Positions 8,007 to 15,617 of a stretch of DNA of 36,571 bases are shown here, one piece after another; position 1 is the stretch's first letter, and every line of letters begins with the position of its first letter. The position numbers were made by a program, and so were the translations under genes. Where the stretch lies: positions 1 through 36,571 of the IMG/VR virus record IMGVR_UViG_3300046786_000671; one strand, written 5' to 3'. The notes below the pieces were generated by a model. That model searched no databases. It was not told where the DNA came from and worked only from the letters and a program-made list of their open reading frames with translations. The stretch comes from a virus. Taxonomy: Duplodnaviria > Caudoviricetes.

Positions 8007-8539
8007 TTATTTATCACGATGTAGAACAAGGTACGCCAGAGTGGCACGCATTACGCGCCCCCCTATGGACAGGCTCAAAAGCACTTCGATTATTGCAGGG
8101 TAAGTCGTTGCCCGAAGATAGAGAGTGGCGCGGTAACGATGCTACTCGGCGCGGCCAGATGCTAGAGTATTCAGCTATCCGTGAGTATGAGCGCAAATAC
8201 CGGCGCAAGGTGGCGCGGCCAGGCTTTGTGACTAATACGGTTTATACCAATGCCGGGTACAGTCCTGACGGTATAGATGGTGGCTGGTTGCTAGAGTGCA
8301 AAGCTTTTAATGGTGTGCGCCACGAAGATCTAGTGGCTGAAAAGATACCACTTATTGTTTTAGTACAAATTTACTTCGGTATGATAATCACCGGCAAGCG
8401 CAAGGCACGACTGTTAGCCTTCAACCCTGAATTTGAAGAACAACTTACTGTGATCGAAATCACATATGACAAGCGGATCGGTAATAATATTCGTCAAAAA
8501 TTACGCCTAGATATGAAGAACCGCCAACTACTTTCGTAA
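8003..8539 (+). CDS. YqaJ-like (lambda exo family) exonuclease
   Basis: QGTPEW...R, G..LE, SPDG, LECK, Q motifs. Confidence 0.88.
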   Translation: MIIYHDVEQGTPEWHALRAPLWTGSKALRLLQGKSLPEDREWRGNDATRRGQMLEYSAIREYERKYRRKVARPGFVTNTVYTNAGYSPDGIDGGWLLECKAFNGVRHEDLVAEKIPLIVLVQIYFGMIITGKRKARLLAFNPEFEEQLTVIEITYDKRIGNNIRQKLRLDMKNRQLLS

Positions 8540-8647
8540 TTGACGGCGGTGTTTATCTAACCTTTTTGCGCTCGGCAGCTCTTCAAAATACATCTTAAAG
8601 CTTTCGAGCGTATTGAATTTACTAATACAATGTTCCTTGTTTAGCAC
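8516..8647 (-). ncRNA. Short transcript A: structured RNA and/or 39-aa GTG-start ORF (8647-8528)
   Basis: TG-A-TATAAT at 8661-8653, long internal hairpin (CGCTCG...CGAGCG), terminal hairpin. Confidence 0.45.
8520..8550. terminator. Hairpin between convergent transcripts (end of early operon / transcript A)
   Basis: ACCGCC-AACTAC-TTTC-GTAATT-gac-GGCGGT; followed by GTTT on + and TCTT on -. Confidence 0.6.
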
Positions 8648-8700
8648 CTCTAATTATATCACTGATTGACATATTACCTCTGTTGTGCTACTATAATAGA

Positions 8701-8768
8701 GATTGACTGCTCCCCGAAAATATCAGCGTTCCAACTATTGCTATTCTCTTGGGAGCAGTTTTTATTTT
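8701..8768 (+). ncRNA. Candidate antisense sRNA B (~65 nt single hairpin)
   Basis: TTGACA(8666)-17-TACTAT with TG extension; stem GACTGCTCCC/GGGAGCAGTT plus U tract; no ORF; loop TCAGCGTTCC is complementary to the early leaders. Confidence 0.7.
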
Positions 8769-8770
8769 GC

Positions 8771-8944
8771 AAACAAAAAAGCCCCCTTTAGGTGGGAGCA
8801 TTTGTAGGTGGATATATCCCTATTTTATCGTTCATCTTTATTTCTTGTTTGATGTAACTGCGAGGTATACACCAATAAAGTTTTGAGACTTATGTGTGCG
8901 AGGTGGAGTTTTGGGAGTGTTAGTGCTTATAAGGTACGATATCC
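8771..8944 (-). ncRNA. Candidate sRNA C (~175 nt)
   Basis: TG-C-TATGAT at 8959-8951; terminator GCTCCC/GGGGGC plus T6; two ACCTCGCA repeats; only a 15-codon ATG ORF. Confidence 0.55.
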
Positions 8945-8989
8945 AAATAAATCATAGCATAAGCTTTTTAGATGTGCTAGAATAATTAA

Positions 8990-9060
8990 ACGTGAGTTTG
9001 AGTTTACAGAGGTGTAAACTAAAAAAGACGAGTACTGTTGCGAGGGTACTCGTCTTTTTA
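8990..9060 (+). ncRNA. Candidate sRNA D (~70 nt, two hairpins with GAGG loops)
   Basis: TG-C-TAGAAT 8975-8983; AGTTTACA-GAGG-TGTAAACT; then the terminator hairpin. Confidence 0.55.
9022..9059. terminator. Bidirectional intrinsic terminator (lysis operon and RNA D)
   Basis: AAAAAGACGAGTAC-N10-GTACTCGTCTTTTT. Confidence 0.85.
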
Positions 9061-9072
9061 TATTGTGCGACT

Positions 9073-9312
9073 TTAGATTTTCTTGGCTAAACCGGCTGCA
9101 CCACTGGCTACTAAACCGGCTGAAATACCTTGCGCGATGGTTAGATCAGGCACGAAACCTAACGGACCATCTACTAACGCCCATAGCAAGCCAACTAAGG
9201 CTGCTACAACTACTGTGACAAATCCAGTTACTCTTGGTGATAGATCTTTAAGTCCATCTACTACACCGACTACGATTAAACCAACTATGACTACTGAGCT
9301 TAATGCTTCCAT
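9073..9312 (-). CDS. Holin
   Basis: 79 aa, about 3 hydrophobic segments, AAGGAG SD, directly after the endolysin. Confidence 0.75.
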   Translation of the reverse strand: MEALSSVVIVGLIVVGVVDGLKDLSPRVTGFVTVVVAALVGLLWALVDGPLGFVPDLTIAQGISAGLVASGAAGLAKKI

Positions 9313-9325
9313 GATTTATTTCTCC

Positions 9326-10039
9326 TTATTTCACTTCTATTATATCTGATTTATTGACTTTTAGATAAGTACCAATTGGTACGTTTCCACTTAGCGGCTT
9401 ATTCTTTAATGCGGCAGGATTTTTGTTATTTGAAGCCATTATGTCAAGGCTTCCTTGTACAAAATCTTTATTTAATATACCGCGCCAACTGTCTATAACT
9501 GGTTGTGGAGCTGGACTACCAAAGGTAGTTTCGTGTTCGTAATTTATCCAAGCCGTTTTTTGTGCATCTGTTGCCATATCACTATCTCCTTGTTCATTAT
9601 AACTCTTAATTCTGTAAACGTGAGGATTTTTGCCAATGCGCCAAGCTTCAGCTTCGCTACCTATACGTGAAGCATAAACACGTTCACTATCTATTATTTT
9701 AAAAGAAACGCCCCCAAGATTCACATTAGATTCAAATACGCGCCCACCACTGAGCTGTACCGCTACATGACCGTAAGTACCATATTCATAACAAATAACA
9801 TCACCACGTTTACGTTCAGAATAAGGAACCTCAATAGCATGATTTTGAGCTACTAATGTTTTACCTACTAATTTAGCATCACCACGTGGCGCTTGTGGAT
9901 TCGGTACAGAGGTCATTTCTTGTAGAAACCACTTCTCAAGAGAAACACATTGACCATCTAAAGATGGTACTAATCCAGGAAAGAATATGTTTTGACGCGG
10001 TATAGCATAAGTATCAGCGTTAGTTGCGACTTGTGCCAT
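9326..10039 (-). CDS. CHAP-domain endolysin
   Basis: GQCV catalytic Cys, GDVI, YGHVAV catalytic His, ESN; start reassigned to MAQV at 10039. Confidence 0.8.
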   Translation of the reverse strand: MAQVATNADTYAIPRQNIFFPGLVPSLDGQCVSLEKWFLQEMTSVPNPQAPRGDAKLVGKTLVAQNHAIEVPYSERKRGDVICYEYGTYGHVAVQLSGGRVFESNVNLGGVSFKIIDSERVYASRIGSEAEAWRIGKNPHVYRIKSYNEQGDSDMATDAQKTAWINYEHETTFGSPAPQPVIDSWRGILNKDFVQGSLDIMASNNKNPAALKNKPLSGNVPIGTYLKVNKSDIIEVK

Positions 10040-10106
10040 CTTCCGCTTCTTCTGGTTCAATAGCCGGTGCTGGACGGTCTATTGGTTCATCTGGTTTATT
10101 GTTCAT
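10020..10106 (-). CDS. Leaderless upstream ORF, 28 aa (MNNKPDEPIDRPAPAIEPEEAEDGTSRN)
   Basis: TG-T-TATAAT exactly 6 nt before ATG; overlaps the endolysin start by 20 nt. Confidence 0.6.
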   Translation of the reverse strand: MNNKPDEPIDRPAPAIEPEEAEDGTSRN

Positions 10107-10121
10107 GCTTTGATTATAACA

Positions 10122-10457
10122 CTAACCTTGATTTACTATTTGGGCTATAAAAAAGCCAATAAGTCCACCAAGAGTGGTACAAGCTGTAGCAACTACAACC
10201 ATTTGCGCCCTGATACCAGATACACGACTTTTCAATGTATCAACAACACTGTTGAGTTTCACGATGTCTTTATTCAATTCAACAATTTGACCAGCGTACA
10301 AGCCGTTTTGTTTATCTATAGAATTTGTAAGACGATTAGTCTGCACTTCAAGCTCCGTTCGGAACTCCTTAGACAATCGCTTTTCTTGTTCTAAAAGAGA
10401 GTTATCTATGAGTAGTTTAATTTCGTCTTTAGTGGGGTTCACTTGATCTTGATCCAT
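10122..10457 (-). CDS. Coiled-coil protein with C-terminal TM helix (lysis accessory, XhlA-like layout)
   Basis: Heptad region, then MVVVATACTTLGGLIGFFIA; lies upstream of the endolysin. Confidence 0.65.
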   Translation of the reverse strand: MDQDQVNPTKDEIKLLIDNSLLEQEKRLSKEFRTELEVQTNRLTNSIDKQNGLYAGQIVELNKDIVKLNSVVDTLKSRVSGIRAQMVVVATACTTLGGLIGFFIAQIVNQG

Positions 10458-10542
10458 TTCTTAATACCTAACATATTATGACTGACATGTTTGTTTCTTC
10501 TCTACTATATATCTTACATTATGTAAAAACATAAGCAAAATA

Positions 10543-11475
10543 CTAGAATTTGATTATCTTGTTAAGGATTATTGTAGGCTGAACGTTATTGTGCGCTGCG
10601 TCAGAGCCAGTTGATTTGTTAATAGCTCCAAGCGCACCATTTGAAGTAGCGCCAACTACGAAGTCACCTGAACCACCCCCCACAGTACCACCAAGATTAG
10701 CGTGAGCGTGAGCGGCTAACTGTGCGGTTGTCAAGACGTGAGTTTCGGCACCACCGGTTGCACCAAAGGTGTCACCATTAATGCCGCCAATGGTTGATCC
10801 TGGGTTAGTCAAACGATTAGCGCTTGAACCACCCATATCATCTTGACCAGCGACCACACGACCACGTAAATCAGGCACGACAAAATCAGTATTATTTGTA
10901 CCACCAAAAGTAATACCAATAACATCATACAGGTCTTGATACTCTGGATTAGCACTAGCATCTAGCGTTTGTCCATAACATAAAAGCCAACCAGTAGGCG
11001 CAGATGTACCGGCAAAGTCAAGTACAGAACCGACAGGAGTAACGTTAGCAAGTGTAGCTTGTGGACTATTGATAGGCGCTTCAGGTTTGAGTTCGCCATC
11101 ATCTTCCAATGCCACATCAAGTACATCAGCTACATTGTCACCCCATTGAGTAGTCGGACGGATAATAACAATATCACCGACTTCACTACCACCATCTACA
11201 TAACCAGGTGCGATTGTGTCTATTTCAAGATTAGAGCCGTCTACATGACCGGCAAAATCTACAGCCGTAGCTTCAGATATTACAGTGATTGTTTCAGAGG
11301 TGATTGGATCGGTAAACGTATGAGGTGTACCCATAGTAGCCATAAAGTTACCATTTATGCCGAGTACTGTATCTACAATTATTGTTGATGCCCCACCGGA
11401 GCGAGTGTTTTGAACGGTTGCAACGCTAGCGTTACCACTACCGTCACTTGCGCGAATTTGATCTATTGATGCCAT
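10543..11475 (-). CDS. Tail fibre with tail-collar domain
   Basis: PVGSVLDFAGTSAPTGWLLCYGQ...F.VPDLRGR...HNNVQP...IIK. Confidence 0.88.
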   Translation of the reverse strand: MASIDQIRASDGSGNASVATVQNTRSGGASTIIVDTVLGINGNFMATMGTPHTFTDPITSETITVISEATAVDFAGHVDGSNLEIDTIAPGYVDGGSEVGDIVIIRPTTQWGDNVADVLDVALEDDGELKPEAPINSPQATLANVTPVGSVLDFAGTSAPTGWLLCYGQTLDASANPEYQDLYDVIGITFGGTNNTDFVVPDLRGRVVAGQDDMGGSSANRLTNPGSTIGGINGDTFGATGGAETHVLTTAQLAAHAHANLGGTVGGGSGDFVVGATSNGALGAINKSTGSDAAHNNVQPTIILNKIIKF

Positions 11476-11493
11476 AGCTTAATAATACAACAA

Positions 11494-11517
11494 AAGAGGG
11501 GCTTTTACACCCCTCTT
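11494..11517 (-). terminator. Intrinsic terminator after the major capsid gene
   Basis: AAGAGGGG/CCCCTCTT stem with TTTTG on the - strand. Confidence 0.8.
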
Positions 11518-11539
11518 ATGGTTTTTGTTTTAGCTGTTA

Positions 11540-12394
11540 CTAGGAGTTCGTGCGTTCTAGTGTAGCAATTGCTTTATTCTTCAAACCGAAGATAAACAAA
11601 TCACCACGTGCGCGAAGCTGCAACTCTGAACCACCATGTCCAGGTACATCCTTGATGAGCTTCATACCACTACCAGTAGCAGGATCCATCTTAGGAGTTA
11701 CGCGGATTACAGCGCGCTTGTCTACAACAACAGCGTCAATGTAAGCAGCAGGGAAGTAATCCCCATCAGTTTCAACAACCATCACACCGTCTACAGGACC
11801 AAGAACACCGTTCTTACCGGCTGTGTAGCCAAGATCAGAACCGTCAAAAGCTGTTACTAACGCTTTGAAGCTATCAGCAGTAGCAAATGGGATCCAAGCA
11901 ACCATGTTACCAGGACGTCCACCGTTTTCTTTGACTTTAGAAACAGTATTGAAGAACTTGAGCTTGATGCTGTCAGAGCTAGAGTTCCAAGAAACTTTGT
12001 TAGCTGAAGGACGAGCAGCAACAATTTTAGCTAGAGCATAAGCGTCAAAGTCAGGGATGAATTTTTCGTAAACCCATGAACGAGCAAACTTACTTGCAAG
12101 TGAAGCAATTGGAGTGTCCTGTTCCAATGTTTCCTGAATACGCAAGAATTTGAACTTGTTATAAGCAAGTGTCATATCCTGTTTGCCAGTTTCAGCAAGT
12201 GTTACAGTTTGTGAAACGGCAGTTTCATCGTAACTACCAAGAGAAGAACCAGAAATATCATAGTTCAAAAGACGAACAGTTTGAGCGCCAGTCCACTCAA
12301 CGCCATTAGCGTCAAGATGACGAGCCACGTAAGAAGCAACTTCTAGGGGCTTGTCAAGGATTGAACTGGTTTTAATTCCATATTCGGATGCCAT
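11540..12394 (-). CDS. Major capsid protein
   Basis: GAQTV.....,QDMTL...K.....I, ...IPDFDAY.LAK, G.VDG..VVE patterns of N4-gp56/P22-like coat proteins; biased codon usage; own promoter, SD and terminator. Confidence 0.8.
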   Translation of the reverse strand: MASEYGIKTSSILDKPLEVASYVARHLDANGVEWTGAQTVRLLNYDISGSSLGSYDETAVSQTVTLAETGKQDMTLAYNKFKFLRIQETLEQDTPIASLASKFARSWVYEKFIPDFDAYALAKIVAARPSANKVSWNSSSDSIKLKFFNTVSKVKENGGRPGNMVAWIPFATADSFKALVTAFDGSDLGYTAGKNGVLGPVDGVMVVETDGDYFPAAYIDAVVVDKRAVIRVTPKMDPATGSGMKLIKDVPGHGGSELQLRARGDLFIFGLKNKAIATLERTNS

Positions 12395-12448
12395 AATAGC
12401 AAAAACCTTTCAATTTAAATAGTGTGTGTTTCGTCTTCTGTTGTACTA

Positions 12449-12479
12449 AATATAGCACAAGTGTTATAACTGGTACAAT
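12449..12479. promoter_or_regulatory. Back-to-back promoters for MCP (-) and TerL (+)
   Basis: - strand TG-C-TATATT (12457-12449); + strand TG-G-TACAAT (12471-12479), 6 nt before the TerL ATG. Confidence 0.7.
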
Positions 12480-12485
12480 ACTATT

Positions 12486-13841
12486 ATGCAAATACCAGCA
12501 CACAGATTTCCACTACGTGACTACCAAATAGAGATCGTAGAAGCGCTTAATAACCCTAAAATTGACGAATTGTTGCTAGTCATCGCGCGTAGAGGTGCAA
12601 AAACCACCACGACTTATAGTGAAGGTATCGTGCCATCACTAGTAAAAGAGGTACAAACGGCTGTTGCCGTCTATCCAACTGCCAAAATGGGCTTTGATAA
12701 CTTCTGGACTAACATTGAAGATGATGGTTTCAGGACTGTAGATCACCTTCCAAAAGAGCTATTAGCTATGAACGGTCAGGGTAATTCAGAAGATGATATG
12801 CGCCGGACACTGATTAACGGATCTATATTTAGAGCGCTAGGTGCTACTAATTATGATGCTTTACGTGGTGCAAACGGTAAAACCTACTGGTTTGACGAGT
12901 TCGCGGATCAGAACATTGAAGCCGTAAACGTTATTGCGCCTATTACTGAAGCCAACGGTGGTAAGCGTATTTACACCGGTACGCCTAAGATTGACGGTAT
13001 AAACGGTGAAACTATGCGCCGTATGCACGAATCATTTAAAGCTGATACTACTGGTACTAAGTACACTTGTTACATTGATGCTACACACTATATGACACCG
13101 GCACAGCTAGAAAAAAGCCGACAAGGTTATATCTTGCGTGACGGTAACGACTTCAAGTTTCGTCAAGAAATGCTGCTTGATTGGGGGCAATCTTCAACAA
13201 GTAGTTACTATGGTGCAATTATGAGTGCTAAAGATAAAGACGGTACTATTGGTGAATATGCTCATAATCCAGCACATCCAGTCTATACCGTATGGGATCT
13301 AGGTAAAGCTGATACTATGGTTATTGGTTTTTTCCAAGTTATAAAGAACAAGGTATGTTTGATAGAAGTTTTTGAAACAAATAACTTCGGTCTAAATACC
13401 ATTATTCCGTTCCTACAGAGTAAACATTATAACTATGGTTGGCACTTCTTGCCGCATGACGGCACAGTTGCAAGCTTAAATGACAATGTTAGCCGTATTG
13501 CATATCTACAGAGCAAGGGTATTAATAATGTATCAGCACTCAAGAGAGAGGGCGTTTCTATAGGTATTGGACGCGTCAAAGACGGCTTGCCAACACTTCT
13601 TATAAATGAAGGTATGACAAATAACATCAGCCGTAGAATACGCGCTTACAAGCGTAAGTTTAACCCTACTACCGGTGACTACATTGGTCCGGATCATAAG
13701 AGCGAGAGCCACATAGCTGATATGTTGCGCTACTTGTTTGCTGCACTACAAATATATTTCAATGAAAAAGGTGAGTTTATACTCACCCTTAACAATGAAG
13801 AAACGTATCAGTCCGATTTAGCGACTGTTACTTATTCTTAG
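12486..13841 (+). CDS. terL: Terminase large subunit
   Basis: LRDYQ adenine motif, RRGAKT Walker A variant, LRG, FDEFA Walker B, TPK, WDLG..D, LPHD, SH.AD..RY nuclease motifs. Confidence 0.92.
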   Translation: MQIPAHRFPLRDYQIEIVEALNNPKIDELLLVIARRGAKTTTTYSEGIVPSLVKEVQTAVAVYPTAKMGFDNFWTNIEDDGFRTVDHLPKELLAMNGQGNSEDDMRRTLINGSIFRALGATNYDALRGANGKTYWFDEFADQNIEAVNVIAPITEANGGKRIYTGTPKIDGINGETMRRMHESFKADTTGTKYTCYIDATHYMTPAQLEKSRQGYILRDGNDFKFRQEMLLDWGQSSTSSYYGAIMSAKDKDGTIGEYAHNPAHPVYTVWDLGKADTMVIGFFQVIKNKVCLIEVFETNNFGLNTIIPFLQSKHYNYGWHFLPHDGTVASLNDNVSRIAYLQSKGINNVSALKREGVSIGIGRVKDGLPTLLINEGMTNNISRRIRAYKRKFNPTTGDYIGPDHKSESHIADMLRYLFAALQIYFNEKGEFILTLNNEETYQSDLATVTYS

Positions 13842-14364
13842 GTTTCTTTGGCTTTACTGGTTCTACACCGGTTTCAGGTGTTGGTTCGTGTACCACAGGC
13901 GCTTCACCTGGATTTTCTGGCGCTGGAGTTGGTGCATCTTGTTCTGCAACTCGGTCAAAGTTATCCCACTCTGAATCTTTGCTAACAGCAGTTTTACCTT
14001 CGTTGATTTTTTGTAGGTATTCTTCTTCGTATGCGTTTTCGTATTCTTCAGATGCAACACGTGCAGCACGTAATTGACCACCGTAGATAGCATAAAGTAT
14101 CTGAATTAGACTAGGTGACTGATCTTCTTCAAGTCGTAATTTAGCGCCAAGATTAGCCATCTTGTTTTCATTTTTACGAAATTCACGTACTAACTGAATC
14201 CAAGACGGAGCTAAACGCCAACCAAAATCTTGACCGCGTGAAGCATTAATACCCATATCAGAACTATTAATATAAGCCTGGATTGTAGGCTCAAGCCTAC
14301 AGTAGTGAGTGTCACCACTCTTGATGTTAAAAAATTCTATTCCTTTTGGTCGTGTGTCTTCCAT
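13828..14364 (-). CDS. Hypothetical protein (head module)
   Basis: AAGGAG SD; follows the scaffold; 3' end overlaps the TerL 3' end by 14 nt. Confidence 0.75.
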   Translation of the reverse strand: MEDTRPKGIEFFNIKSGDTHYCRLEPTIQAYINSSDMGINASRGQDFGWRLAPSWIQLVREFRKNENKMANLGAKLRLEEDQSPSLIQILYAIYGGQLRAARVASEEYENAYEEEYLQKINEGKTAVSKDSEWDNFDRVAEQDAPTPAPENPGEAPVVHEPTPETGVEPVKPKKPKNK

Positions 14365-14375
14365 TTCATTACTCC

Positions 14376-15302
14376 TTAAAGTGGTTTACTTAATTCTTTT
14401 GTTACTTGCTGTGCAAAATCGTTTGGATCATCTACTGGAGCCTGACCACCATCACCAGATATATCCATACGATCTTCAGCACTTGGTTTAGGTGGTTGGT
14501 TAGGATTAGGTACTGGATTAGTCGGTGACTGGTTATTAGCAAACACATAAGCTTGCTGATATGGCTCAAGGTAGGTATCGTACAAGTCCATAACGTCCGG
14601 TGCTGATAGGATAACACCTCTTTGTTGGTCTACTTTTACTTGCTTCATCATTAAGTCAAAAGCTTTTTTCTGCAAGTTTGGTTGCCACTTAAACAGTGGT
14701 TCGTACTTCTGCAAAACTAGCATTGAATCACGCTTGAAGTTTACAGTCGTTTCAGCAATTTCTTTGGCTTGGTTCTTTATATTAGCCACTTGCTGATCTA
14801 GCTTAAACTGTTCGTTCATAAGCCACTGTGCAGCTTCTTCAGTAGTCATACTACCACCGGATGCTTCTACAACATCGGCTGGAGTACGGAGTTCTCTACC
14901 TGATTTTTCATCAACCAAAGTATTTGATAAGCCTTCAGGGTAATAAGCATCTAAAACTTCTTTTTCAGCCGTTTCAAGTTCCTTACCTGAAGTACGTTCA
15001 GAAGTTTGCAAGTCACGAATAATTGACGTTACATCGTCTTTAGTTAGCGGCTGTGCCGGTTCAGGTGGCGTTTCTGGAGTTTCAGGCGGTTTAGCGCCTT
15101 CTTCCGGTTTCTTATCTTCTGGTGGTGTTGGGGGTGTTCCTTCAGCCGGAGTTTCTTTAGCTGGCTCCTCTTTTTTATCATCTTTAGGATCTTCTTTTGG
15201 ATCATCCTCTTTAGGTGGTTCTATAGGCTTAACTTCAGGGGTGTTATCACTCCCAAAATCTTCACTTATTGCTTTGCTGAAATCGTCATCTGTGTCTGAC
15301 AT
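14376..15302 (-). CDS. Putative capsid scaffolding protein
   Basis: Acidic Pro-rich N-terminus, helical middle, located between portal and MCP; AAGGAG SD. Confidence 0.65.
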   Translation of the reverse strand: MSDTDDDFSKAISEDFGSDNTPEVKPIEPPKEDDPKEDPKDDKKEEPAKETPAEGTPPTPPEDKKPEEGAKPPETPETPPEPAQPLTKDDVTSIIRDLQTSERTSGKELETAEKEVLDAYYPEGLSNTLVDEKSGRELRTPADVVEASGGSMTTEEAAQWLMNEQFKLDQQVANIKNQAKEIAETTVNFKRDSMLVLQKYEPLFKWQPNLQKKAFDLMMKQVKVDQQRGVILSAPDVMDLYDTYLEPYQQAYVFANNQSPTNPVPNPNQPPKPSAEDRMDISGDGGQAPVDDPNDFAQQVTKELSKPL

Positions 15303-15306
15303 TATG

Positions 15307-15597
15307 CTACTCCTTTACCATATTATTAATTATTTCCTCAACATTACGCAAGTGCATAGCAACGCCTTTATGTATTGCTATCTCATCAAAAACGGCTATT
15401 TTCTGTTCAGGAGTAGCGTTAGTTGGTAAATTGAGTACAGTAGTAGACTCGGATTTACCAATAGCTTTTTTCAGATAAGCGCGTATTTTCTTGACCAATT
15501 TAACTTCAGCAGATAATTCTGCATCACCGTCATCAGTCACCACATCTTCAATAGCGTGGTCGCTTACGTTGTATGGTATGTCTTCGTTCTGTGCCAT
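15307..15597 (-). CDS. Hypothetical protein downstream of portal
   Basis: Fills the gap and carries the SD of the next gene. Confidence 0.7.
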   Translation of the reverse strand: MAQNEDIPYNVSDHAIEDVVTDDGDAELSAEVKLVKKIRAYLKKAIGKSESTTVLNLPTNATPEQKIAVFDEIAIHKGVAMHLRNVEEIINNMVKE

Positions 15598-15617
15598 ATC
15601 GTGCTTATAGTTTTACA

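Noticed and set aside
8528-8768. Transcripts A and B as a type I toxin-antitoxin pair
   Set aside because: The 39-aa peptide is not hydrophobic, and A/B complementarity is only about 5 nt (GGAAC/GUUCC).
8859-8904. TGCGAGGT repeats 38 nt apart as a mini-CRISPR array
   Set aside because: The repeat is only 8 nt with two regularly spaced copies, and no cas genes are present.
8540-9072. tRNA genes in the intergenic regions
   Set aside because: No cloverleaf with a T-loop consensus was found by eye here or at 32900-34011; tRNAscan-SE would confirm.
15248-15258. 11-nt complementarity between RNA C (CACTCCCAAAA) and scaffold mRNA
   Set aside because: A 175-nt query is expected to have a few 11-mer matches in 72 kb of both strands, and this one is inside coding sequence.
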